A DNA stretch of 23,744 nt from Paraphysomonas bandaiensis. Taxonomy: Eukaryota; Protista; Chrysophyceae. Under the pieces are notes generated by a model. The model was given only the letters and a program-made list of their open reading frames with translations. It had not been told where the DNA came from and did not search any database. This document shows positions 12,378-23,744 of this stretch, piece by piece (the first letter of the stretch is position 1; each line of letters opens with the position of its first letter). The stretch spans positions 1-23,744 of the forward strand of contig CBFFRP010000299.1 of NCBI GenBank assembly GCA_965644295.1, given 5' to 3'. Position numbers and translations under genes: made by a program.

Positions 12378-13838
12378 TTGCCCTGGATGTCTTATATGAT
12401 GCATAGTTGCTGCTACTTGCCTTACAACCTTCTTTAGTTAGTCTGAGCCTACTGTTTGTAGCTGCGTGTTCGCTTTTTGTGTGTTGACAAGCGTCACAGG
12501 CAGTCATTCAAGTAACAGATTAATTTGTCACACTTAAAAGTATCATAAGTGAGTCACTATAGACTACAGGAAATTCACAGGAATATAGGGAACAATATAT
12601 TGCAATACTATTGTTAGATGACGTTCCGTCAATAGTATTAATGGAGTTCTTAAACCGGCCCAACAGTACTATGCGCATTGCAATATATTAGTATCATTAA
12701 TCAGTAAGTAAATAGTAAACCCCTCCGTTGATTCCATTATTATTATCGTAGTACATTAGTAATTAGTACTAGTCATTAATTTCAGATCACATGATAATCA
12801 AACCCACCACTGCTTATACACATCCTCTGAGACATTATCGGTGACGTCAACATCACCATATATATGGCATATTCCATATTCATTCCTAAGTATTACAAAT
12901 TACAAATATGCTTGCAACCAAATATGCTTGTCGATTAGCTTTTTGACTAACAACAGCATATTAATAAGCTTGCATACAGTTTAGTAATACATTAGCGCAA
13001 TGCTGATATAATAAGTTTAGCTGCGCTGAACATATGTATTGAAATTACATACTACATGCTACATGACTCGTGCACCTGTACATAGATATTTAACTTTTCA
13101 TTTCTTAATTTCATGCTGACTGAAGACAATTTTCCGCCTAGCCAACCTCAGCTTCACCAGCCTTTGTATTGTTTCAACCACTGTCTGAACGGAGATATAT
13201 TCTAACAGCACCTTTATCAGACCTTGTCATCTCAAATTCTTCGCCTGCTTGAATTTATGCAATTCCATTCTTATATAAATAAATATACAACATGGACTTA
13301 TATTTTTCACCCCCTACAGTTGAGAAGCTGTCTGTATATTGTGATTATCAAAATACTGATTGCAATACATTGTGAGCTATACGTTGAGTTCTGTAGTATG
13401 ATGCGATAAATATGGTGCGATATATATGGTGCAATTGAATTGAGTTAACAGAGTGCAATAGCTGAAATCAACTCATAGGTGTAAAGAAGAGAGAATCAAA
13501 AAGAAGTAAATTCCATTACTGATGTGTGACTATTATGTAAGATGTAGGAGTGAACATATATGCTATGATGTTGCTAAGAACAGATGTTCACTAAATGTTA
13601 CATGAATATGTTGTAAAGTGATGAGGTTAATAATTAGAATTATTACTTGAAAGTGCAATGTTGTTTTCAACAAAAAGCAAGCTTAAGGTGTAATTGTAGA
13701 GCAAGATTATTAATTTCGGTGAAGTGTCTAGCTCTAACATATAAACGAAACCACAAAATGATTTATATAGTAAATATGTCTGCGGTCTGATCATCGTAAA
13801 TTATATACCAACGTGTGATAGAATATCGCAGTACTGAA

Positions 13839-14094
13839 TGTACCACATAAGCATTTGCCTATGAGTGGGCAGAACAATATCTGCTGACTATATATGCGGC
13901 TCACGTTAGTTTCCAGGAGTAATATCTCTGGTATTTATTCCCCACACCAGAACACCACGAAGAGTTGCGAGTCCGACTCTTGTGGTGTTCTGGGAAATAA
14001 GTACCAGAGATATTACTCCTGGAAACTAACGTGAGCCGCATATATAGTCAGCAGATATTGTTCTGCCCACTCATAGGCATGCTTTTGTGGTACA
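13839..14094. repeat. Long fold-back inverted repeat (hairpin) made from repeat family B
   Basis: 13856-13933 is the exact reverse complement of 14002-14079 (78 bp). Imperfect pairing extends out to 13839/14094 and in to a ~6-nt loop (CGAGTC, ~13968-13973). Confidence 0.97.
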
Positions 14095-14227
14095 AGGGAC
14101 ACTAATTAGTGTCACATGTGTAGATGTCTCTTTTGACCTTGACAAATAAACAGGCATCCGGGAACTGGCCCACCTCTTAAGACCTCAAGGGCATCCGGGG
14201 TATTGGGATGCCTGCTAAGAAGTCAAG
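13974..14227 (-). repeat. Dispersed repeat family B, copy 2
   Basis: Reverse complement aligns with 8414-8670 and includes the 16-bp palindrome GACACTAATTAGTGTC at 14098-14113. Confidence 0.85.
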
Positions 14228-14239
14228 TAGACCCACATG

Positions 14240-14610
14240 CAGCGTTCCAGGTGTTGTATAAGAAGGAAAGGAATCCGGTTCAGTGTCACCAGTTTGATGT
14301 ACGCATCTTTACGGACGCGGATTGGGCAGGATATTGTGTTTGCTCCGGGTGGGCCACTCACCTAAAAGTAAATGTAATTTATTATGCAAACGTGGGATTT
14401 TTTTTTCCACGTTTAATACTACTAGAGTATTTACACTATATACTAGTATAAGTCGTACTATGACAGCAGAACTCAACATACTACTCTACTATAGATTAGT
14501 AAGAGTTCGACTCCATCAATACAGAGAGTGAGTATCAAGCCACGCATGATGGAATGCAGGAATTGGCTGATTAAGTAGTTCGGGGGGTGTTAGCCGAACT
14601 AGGTTTTCGA
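14240..14610 (+). mobile_element. Degenerate Ty1/copia LTR-retrotransposon RNase H fragment
   Basis: FTDADWAG at 14308-14331, then frameshifted GGPLT*K (copia GGPISWKS), then ESEYQATHDGMQELAD*VVRGVLAELGF from 14524 (copia EAEYxAxxxxxxExxWLRxLLxELG). The motifs occur in the expected order. Confidence 0.85.
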
Positions 14611-15173
14611 CTGTGCAATGCAAATCCACTCCTTTTTTCCTGGATAGCTTTAAAGGTGCTCGTGACTTTGAGGTAAATCAGGTATATTCTAAAAATGCTT
14701 TAAACATATTGAGATCAAATGTCACTGACGATGATTATTTCTCCTGTGGTACTAAATGTTTTTCGGCGCTCCAAGAAACTAAAGCGTAACTAACTTACCA
14801 GCTAAGCAGTTTACTGCTTCAGAAGTGACAATCTGTAACAGCCTACAAAGAGAGAAAATAAGCAACTGAAAAGAATGACGATGTAATTGCGTGGCTCACA
14901 GCTACACAGTTACTATATCCAAAAATTTCGAGAAGGAGTGACGATGTACAGTATATTGCGAATGAATAATATATAAGTTAATACGCCACATTTCATATAA
15001 TTACAGCAAGAAAAAGCAGTATCATGTACTACACACATAGTTACACATGCAAAAATATCAACAATTATTCCACGCTAGTAGAACTCTGTATTGTATACTG
15101 AGCCACATCAACTACCAGTTATACGATAGCACCAGTAAAATAAAGCTACAAATATAGAATGATAACAATAAAG

Positions 15174-18100
15174 TTATCTGCTCCCACTTCTGCTACTTCT
15201 TTCCGCAATTGGTTCGGGAATACTGAGAGATCGACTCGTAGTGTTGTTCACTCTCGAACTGATCATGGTGTCTTCTGTGTAGTGATAGGTTGGCGAATTT
15301 GCTGCAAGCATCCATGTTGGCACTCCTGTTAACCTGAACACCCGTATGTGGTGATGAAGTTCACGCGCCTTGGCAATATGGCGCACGCCAAGCTGCTGCA
15401 ACTCTGTTGGTGTATCACAGTGGAGAAGTGTCAGCCCTGTGACCTCCATTCGCTCCATCTCCTCACAATAGATTCTCATGTGCAGAGATTTGAGCACACA
15501 CAACACATCATCTACCCCAAGGCTTTCCAGTTTAGTTACACCCTCACATGCGCCAGCAGGTGCAATATAAGGACCACTACTGTGCATTATACCCTCGTTT
15601 CCACTAGCTGCAGCTTTCACAGGCTCAATGATACGACTGAAGAGGCATGAGTGAACCTGCGATAGCATTGATAGCATTTCTGAGCCTGGTGGTGGGAAAG
15701 GAATTGCAGCAACAGGCTCCTCTTCTTCGGCAGCCTCCAGTCGTTCTTCCCCATCCGTAACAACAATAGGTTGATCATTAGTCGACGTCGTACCTACCCG
15801 TTTGCTACGCTCTCTGTCCCTTTGATCCTTGGTCCGACGCTTAGCCTCTTTGGCTTCCCTCTTTTGTCTGCGCCTAGCTGCTTGTTCAGCAGCTCGCCGT
15901 TCCTTCACAGTAAGTGTCTCTAGGTCCCTCTTCGCAGCTTCCAAAGAGCTCCTGGTTACAACCAATCGACTTTCCGGATCCTGTACTGCCAGAATATTCC
16001 CAATCGGCCCTAACCAACCCGCTTTCTCCCTTTGCTTCCGTCTCGCTTCCTTTTCTTCTTCCTCCCTCGCCCCATCATCCTCATCCATATCTCCGACGTT
16101 CTCTGTCGGGGGAGTGACATCAAGTGGTTGTCTACAAACTTCTTTCCATCCAGCGGCTACCTCCTCGTCGATGACAACCGGAATTACCCGAGTAACCGCC
16201 TTCCGTCTCCTTGCATAGGACCACTGCAGCACACACGTGTCCTCGCCAGCATTGTTTACCATATCAAGGTATCCCTTGGACACTACAGGGACAAACAAAG
16301 AAGAGTGATCTATACCGGCTAGCATCTGTTTGTTAATGCCGGTCTTCCTTTTTGTATCACACCACACCACCAGACCCCTCCCCTCGAGATACTCTTTGAT
16401 AGCTTCCACCACAGCGATATCACCCGTTGGTCCTCCGCAGCAGGTATGAGAGAGAAACACATCAAATCGCTCTGAAAGACCAACTGATATCGGTGTTATA
16501 CTGTCGATTGCGCTGCGTAATAAAGTCGCATGGGGGTTCGTTCCTCGCACCCCCTGCATACCACACCATTACTACCCGTATCATATCACACGAGCACATA
16601 CAGTACCTTGAAGAGTTGTCTAAAGACTTGGTCACTGACACTCATATTCGGCGCATGCATGCGCTCTGCAACTTCCTTTCCCACCCATACCTTTCTGGCT
16701 TCTGCCGTTTCTGCTTTTTGAAAATGTATAGCCTCTGCTTGTCGCACTGCATCCACCATACCACTCATATCAAATAGCCCTACCCAAGAGACAGTAGGAG
16801 CAAACTCTTGAGATATAATGGCTGTTGAGGGCGTGCGAGAAACTTTAGTTGCCACAAATGGACTGGAAGAATGATCAGATGCGTAAGCAGGATTCGAAAT
16901 ATCTTGAGGCGGGCAGCACTCTACCCCAAGCACCTCCAGAGTGTTCAGTAATATCTCCGAGACCCTTTTATTTATCCCAGGTAAAGTGCTCCTGTCGTCT
17001 CTAGGAACAAAGGGTAACGTACAGTGAGGCATGCCCTCCCATTGCCTGGTGGGCTTTTCTGGGGGAGTCAATGCCATTACTCTACTTCCATCCCCATATG
17101 CAAGCCATATAGTGTGGACCTCTACCAAATTTGATGGGATGTTGCATCCAAATAGAAGTATATCAGGAATGCAGAGCTCTAACTGTCTCTCCAAGTCGAT
17201 GAACTCATCTACTTCCTCTGGGTATGCCGCTGCTCTCAAGGCCGCCTGTCATAATCAGTAGTTTAATGAGACAATCTTAAAGCTATACATTCATCTGTAC
17301 CTGCTCAAGTCGCTCCAGCGATTGTGGTAAAATATTTCTGTAGTCTACCCACTCCTCGTCCTTGCGTCTTCTCTTTCGCTCACCTTCAATCAGAACCTGT
17401 TTTTTCTTCTTTTTCTTCAGCAGCTCGACTACTGGCAATACACCTACATCGAGGGGTAATGAATGACTCCCGCTATGTCGGGATGTGCCGCTCTCTCTAG
17501 CAGCATGCATCGCAAGCATTTCATCATGAATTAAGCGCGTTTTGTGGTCCCTATGTTTGTCGTCACCTTCTTCGTTATCTGTAGGAGCAAATAAAAATGC
17601 CAGGCCTCTCAATGGCACCGCCACATCTTCATTATCTCCCTCATAAAAGATATATGCATTGCTGTCCCTCTTCAGCTTGCGCTCTATGAGCTTCCTTGAA
17701 GCCAGCGGTTCACTATTATAAAAGACACGTATATCTTTAAACTCTAGTCCCTTGTACTGATCATTGCGCAGAGCCACTAGACTTCTAAGTGCCACAGATC
17801 GGGCTGCTGTTGTATCTCCCCCAGCGTAAATGTCGATACTGTTAATGGACGGCTGCGCCCGTACGATTGCATATGACTGGGATATTGTTCGCTCACTGGC
17901 GCGACAGAACGACTCCAACTGTAGAGCACACCCGTACTTCCAAGCTCCCCCAAGAGTGGCCAAAGCAGAAAGCCGCACCTGTACACAGAGTAAAACTATG
18001 TACCCAAAAGCCTAACAGTTATATCATGACAATTATTACTAAGGTGTACACCTGTAGCTTGGGAAGCATGGCGACTGGGAGGTATTCGAATTCAATCCTG

Positions 18101-20722
18101 ATGCTTGCCTGCACCCGGGTACTAACTGGGAAGAAGAGATCCCTTAGTTCTTGTTCGCTGGGCATATGTCCGCCTCCAAGCGGCTCTTCTGGAAGCATAG
18201 CTGGCACAATGCTTGCCTCAAGAGGTGTCCCATGGGAGTCATACAGGGGGTATGCTAACCTATAGTCATGAAACATCTGTAGAAATTGCGGCCTCAGAGA
18301 TGCATCATAGTCTTTCCATATCACATCGATCTCATCATGCCTCAGAAGTCCGAGCTTACCGTCTCCCATCTTATAGACCACTTCTGCCTTATAGGTAATC
18401 GCACATGCCATCACCTGTAGACGATTTCCATTTTGAGGAAAATATTCATGGAACTACATACACCAACCGTACCTGCGCTAGTTTCTGGGGCTCTAGAATG
18501 ATGTCGCCCTCTGGAAGAATGTGAACCGCTCCCCAATCGTGAAAGAGCTGTGTCGCTACCCCTACACCTTCCTCCTCCACACCGTGTACATCCACTGCAT
18601 ATCGCACCATCTCATTAGGAGTTAGCGAAAACCTTCCATGCTTTACAAGATCCCTAAGTCCAAGCTCGAGCTTTTTGTATGCCCTTGGAATACGTTGCAC
18701 AACATAAGGAAGATCTAGAGCAACTCTGACAAGGTCCCGCTTGAGCTCTTGTACTCCCAATCCGTTATGGCTATCTATGTGATGGTAACAGGCAATAGGA
18801 CCGAATCCCGCCTTTCGACCAAACCTCTGCTCGAATGAGTCTATCGTTCCGTCCGCCATTCTGCTAGTGTCCCTAGCATGAGTTGATACTAGTATGATGG
18901 GACTATCGGGGGCACAATTTCTGACCGTGTGAAAGTATACATACAGCATGGCCTCACTCTCGTGCTGCCTCGGGTTCCAGACAACCATAAATACAGTTCT
19001 GGAGCTGAAGAACAGTGAGTGGGTATTCATATAAACACCCTGTCCGGAAAAGTCCCATAAACTAAGACGCAAGTCATCAACCATCCAGTCACTCATACTG
19101 ACACCATCTGTCATGCCAAATCCCCCCTCAAACTTTCCTTCCATGAGCCTGTGTACAAGTGTCGTCTTTCCAGCTTCGCCTGGACCAACCAGTATTACCT
19201 TTACTCTCTTTACTGTTACCACCCCCCCATCATCATCCTTACTTCCAGGAGCGGCAGCAGCCATGAACATTTCCCGAATGTAAGAGAGCACTACTTGCAC
19301 ATCTTTGCCCTTCAGCTCAGGGGGAAGGTCTAACAAATTCACCAAGTCGAGGTCCAATACTTTGAGGCGGGTAAGCTTGCGAAGGATCTCATAGCCTGTA
19401 CCAAGATGAGGAGTGGAATGTAGACAACGCCACAAGCTACAATATGAGCACGAGTATGAGTTACTCAAGTACCTGCGAGCCTGTTACCTCCCAGGTAGAG
19501 ATGGTCAATAAGTTTGCAGCAGGCTAGTCCCTCGGCAATCATCCCTGACCAGAAGACAGTTAGATTGCCCGACCAGTGTGAACAAAGGGTTCATAGGTAC
19601 AATGTAAACTGCACTTGATGGGATAAAGCTCACCTGATATGTTGTTCCCACTGAGATTGAGTCTTCTAAGGTTTACGCATTTACTGATACCCTCAGGGAA
19701 AAATCCCGACAGCTCGTTGTTAGCGATGCTAAGTTGCCTAAGATTCACACACTTCTCAATGGAATTCGGTAGTGGGCCTACCACAGATATAAGTATTGCA
19801 GCACTATATCAGCACCACACAAAACCATCCCCACGCCCAGCAATGTGCATCTATGGCGTACCATTTATTTGGTTGTCGTCAAGTAGCAACTTCTGCAAGT
19901 TCTTCCACTTTTCTACACACTCCGGCAGCTGCCCCGACAAACGGTTGTCGGATAGACTCAATGTTGTAAGATTACTGCATCTGCCGAGAGTTTCTGGTAT
20001 ACGGCCTGCCATAGTATGCTGATCATGCTACAGCTATATCGAACCGCAACAAAGACATACCGGTAAGTTTGTTATGGCCCATCGATACTTCTCGCAGGTT
20101 TGGGCACCTTCCAAGACTCTCAGGAATGTGATCTGCATAATATTAGAAATTACTACGTTTGATGAAGCCATATCTTTACCCATCAATCTATTGTTCGACA
20201 GCCCAATATACTCTAAGCAGGAGCAGCGACCAAGAGTGTCTGGAATACTTCCTGTCTTATAATTATCAGAATACAGGCATGTGTCGCACAGCCTGTCCAC
20301 CTGTGAGCAAATTGCGTGATAGACCAAGGTCTTTAAGGCTTGTCATACGCCCTATACTCTCCGGTAGCGGTCCTGAAGCACGTATAACTTAGACACTATA
20401 TATGCACGATGTACAAACGCACCAGTGAGCTTATTGCCTCGGAGGTTGAGTCTCTTCAGGCTCGAGCATAAGGTGACGACCTCAGGAAAGCTCCCCTCAA
20501 GGTTATTATTCTCTAAATTAAGCTCCACTAATAATTCCTGCTCATTCACAGTCACCCCAAACCATGAGTTCAAGGGGGCATTGGAGTTCCAGTTATCATC
20601 CCTGATCCTAAAAAGAACACGTATGTGCTTAACAACTGCACCACAGAGGAATCTCAATACAAATACCATTCAGGCCCGTTGAGACCAGTGTATATCTCCA
20701 GCAATATTTGTCTGGTATTCAT
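15174..20722 (-). CDS. Roco protein LRR-Roc-COR-(linker)-TIR-SAM, ~1599 aa, 13 exons
   Basis: Exons 20722-20667, 20607-20423, 20372-20301, 20251-20180, 20132-20061, 20005-19862, 19777-19634, 19544-19473, 19395-18473, 18414-18052, 17978-17301, 17245-16607, 16553-15174 total 4800 nt, all GT..AG. Roc motifs KVILVGPGEAGKTT, WDFSGQ, THSLFFSSRTVFMVVW, STHA. COR motifs IPRAY..LFHDWGAV..IILEPQKLAQVMACAI, IVPAMLP. TIR FDVFLSH..VWCD..GIDHS. C-terminal SAM. The start codon is the least certain part. Confidence 0.88.
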
Positions 20723-21264
20723 ATAGAGACTGACCACACAGGTACTACAAGCTATGGATAACTAGTACAATAATCACCATTCCAATAGCATAAACTTCAC
20801 TGAATAATGACCACTAAACCAATGCCAGTTAGGAAGAGATGCAGCAAAATGACAACAATCGTGCTTAAAGATGGATTAGACTTGTTGGTGTCTGTATATA
20901 CAAGTGTTAGGTGACAGCATGCATCTCCATCCTGTGATTTCAGTGAAACAACAGACGACATACAGAGATGCACTGTATGCTGTATGTCTAGATGATATGT
21001 AACGGTATAGTCCGTATACTATCTACGACACTCCACACTCCTCCAGAAAAAAGAGAAAAATTCTTACTCATCATCACCACTCACTATTCAAGGATAGCAC
21101 AGCATTCTATGAAAAGGGTAGTAATTTATTGCATACGGTTTACCCCAATAATAGAGCGCTATCTGTGCTGTGGAAGAGATAACAGACATGACATACACAT
21201 TAAAAGATAGCAACGATACGTTCTGTTATGTGTGTATGTGTGTAGATCTGACTGTTGACTGTTC

Positions 21265-21513
21265 ACTACATGCATCGAAGTGAACAGGAATAGGAGTTCA
21301 GTAATCATACGAAGTCTGGAAGTATGCAATCTTATGACGATGTGCATGAAACAGTAGATCAGCCCTGACACTGCTTATCAATGGATTCGAAAATATCTTC
21401 TCAGTATAGAGTATGTAGGTGTGTCGAATAGTGAGGCATTATTCGACGCGACCTATGAATATTTTGCTTCGCAAGATGCACCGATAATTATAAGCGGGGA
21501 GAGTGAGAAGTAA
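21265..21513 (+). pseudogene. Decayed ORF, possibly a distant relative of repeat family B
   Basis: 82-codon frame with one internal TAG (21355). Contains AYQWIRKYLLSI, resembling AYEWAEQYLLTI / HEWVEKYLLSI in family B. Confidence 0.3.
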
Positions 21514-22132
21514 TCATCAAGAAGAGAAGAAACATGGGAGGCAAAGATAAGGTATTACATCAGGAATCGCCTATACTCCTAGAATGCTACCTTTTAGAAG
21601 TAGATATTGTCCAAAAGGCCATCCAGCAGGTATTTCAAGCCCTGTCTACTCCTGAGAAGCGTCTGCATCCTGACTCGCATATGATACTGCTCCTGAGAGC
21701 TAACCGATGCCTAATGAGGCTATTGATGGTGGAATACAAAATGCAATATGAAGATACATATGAGGACGGATGTGGGTTTCTATTATTATTAACGTGCAGA
21801 AGCTAAGATATGCAGCGTAGTGAGCGTACTATATAATATTTCTTATACTACAATACAATTGATTTCTTATTATTTTGCATTCAGTAGCCGCTATTTATTA
21901 ACTACAGGTTCACCATAGTATTGTCAGTATATACGCATATACTGTCGACTGTTAGGAGAACTTGCAACAATGTGTGCCTCATATCATACACTCATCATTC
22001 GAATCAGGTGCATTAGGAGAGGTTAAGCATGTTATATATTAAGGTAATGATGATGCTAATTAAGGAAATAATAACGACTACAACTCTTCGCATTCATCAT
22101 CACACAAATTTACAAATTTCAAAATCTCGTAG

Positions 22133-22833
22133 TTGCTATTCCCTCAGTATCCCTCTGTGGTAGGAGTACATTTGTTGTAGCTATTATATAGAAATTTGGC
22201 GTTTTATTGCTTGTTTTGAGTTGATCTAGAATACAGTACACATACCACTTACCATTGAATAGAAGCAATATTTTGATTCTTATTTGCTTTCTTAATTTAA
22301 ATCAGGGAGCACTATATCCTTTAACAGCGAGCAGGCTACAACTGGCTATACATTCTAGATATATTAGGTCTTCGACATCACGAGGATAAGCTTCAATTTA
22401 CCTTGGTGACAAGAAATTGCAGTCAAACAAGGCTTCTTGTTGTCATTAATATTATTGTCTAATTTTCTGTACATCACGCTTAACTCCTGCTAGTGCAACT
22501 AATTTGAAAGTTCTGACAAACACGATGTGACCCAAACCCTGAAAGGACTGGGTGCCATTGAAAAAAGTGCTTTGACAATATTATATCTGATGTTGAAGGT
22601 GATTCGTATCATTGGCACCTTTTCCTTCTTATCAGGATTGTGTGAGTCTTAACATACACACATATATACAGCATACAACCTAGTTGCAATTGAACTGTCG
22701 ATAAATGTGATGATGACGCCAATGACAACAAGAAGCCTCGTGCCACCACGACTTTTCATATTTATCATCACGGTTTGCTATTCCCTTATGTGGTAGACAT
22801 TAGACATACATTTGTCATTGCTGTAGCTATTAT
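22133..22833 (+). repeat. Degenerate direct repeat pair (~22133-22186 and ~22775-22833)
   Basis: Shared collinear blocks TTGCTATTCCCT..TGTGGTAG..TACATTTGT..TGTAGCTATTAT, each preceded by TCATCAC. Confidence 0.7.
22430..22738. repeat. Perfect 18-bp inverted repeat flanking 273 bp (MITE-like)
   Basis: AGGCTTCTTGTTGTCATT (22430-22447) and AATGACAACAAGAAGCCT (22721-22738); no clear target-site duplication. Confidence 0.55.
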
Positions 22834-23744
22834 TGATATCCGGGGGTATATTGGAATGAGTTTATCCAGTCCAAATGTCATTCTCTTCGTACGTGTCATT
22901 GATTTGAAACAGTTTATCTACTTCCTCTTACAGCAAGCATGAACATTATGAAGAAACTACAATTTAACCTAGAGATAAGGAGTATTGTCCCTTGTCAAAA
23001 TTTTAAGACTCAGGCATTTCAATTTTGAGCGCGGGACGACATAGCCTCATTATTACCTGTGGTTATATATAACTATTCTTATCCCTGGTGCATAGTGTGT
23101 ATTTTTGAGAGAACCTACTTCTAATAAATCAACAACAACTACTCGCAAAAGTGGCGTACACTCAGTTTAAAAAATCAAATTGTTAGCCTTTACAAAATGT
23201 TGGATTACTGATGACGTTTCCTCTAATCTCGTTTTCTGTACGCAGGTTTACGTATACAAAGCCGGGCTTAAACAACATAACTGTCATTACAACTCTACGA
23301 CAACGGTTAACATTCACAACGTATACACTTATATAGAGTTAACAAACGCATGGACACATCGAATGTCACACTAGCTCCATTGATGGCATCATCAAAATAC
23401 AGAATTGTATTAGCCGAAGCAATGCGTAGATGAAATCTTCACGACGAACAGCAGCACCAGCAAGATAATATGCTGTTGTGCAAATACGAAGTAATATTCA
23501 ACTACACTTTTACAGTCTTCAAAACAAGTCACTGGGATGGAAGGACTGGCCTCTTGTTTAATAGGACTATCTGTGATAACACGGAGCAAATATATCGAAG
23601 CTCTTGGCAAAGCAGTGTCTCCAGTGTTGAAGTTGATACAGTAATCTGGTGATGGTGAGTACTAATGTTACATATATACTTGACGAAAAAAAACTCACAG
23701 AAAAACCTACCGAAAAAATCTACCTCACAGTTTTTTTTGGGTGT

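Noticed and set aside
13428-13790. Stop-rich frame that reads protein-like if stops are reverted to Gln or Arg
   Set aside because: Any stop can be reverted this way, so it is not evidence of coding; only the CpG absence was kept
23180-23744. Short ORFs and A/T-run repeats at the window end
   Set aside because: No recognisable motifs, and the sequence is truncated by the window edge

Overview
Left end of a eukaryotic chromosome. (CCCTAA)n telomere repeats start at position 1 and the genes have short GT-AG introns (47-149 nt). Gene content suggests a stramenopile-type protist (inference). Five intact spliced genes were reconstructed by hand, and each exon sum is divisible by 3. (1) An 8-exon, ~1515-aa protein with a signal peptide, an LRR ectodomain and ~11 TM helices, ending ~210 bp from the inner telomeric tract; its membrane part has motif-level resemblance to the TMEM16/OSCA/TMC channel-scramblase superfamily. 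(2) A cytochrome-b5-fusion front-end (Delta5/Delta6-type) fatty-acid desaturase. (3,4) Mitochondrial F1 ATP synthase delta and beta genes arranged head-to-head. (5) A 13-exon, ~1599-aa LRR-Roc-COR-TIR-SAM (Roco) gene with most LRRs on 72/144-nt phase-1 exons and a TIR carrying Gln at the catalytic-Glu position. Intergenic DNA holds decayed repeats: a Ty1/copia RNase H relic, a dispersed repeat family with one copy folded into a ~256-nt hairpin (78-bp perfect stem), pseudogene fragments and signs of CpG decay. No prokaryotic features, CRISPR array or recognisable RNA genes were seen.
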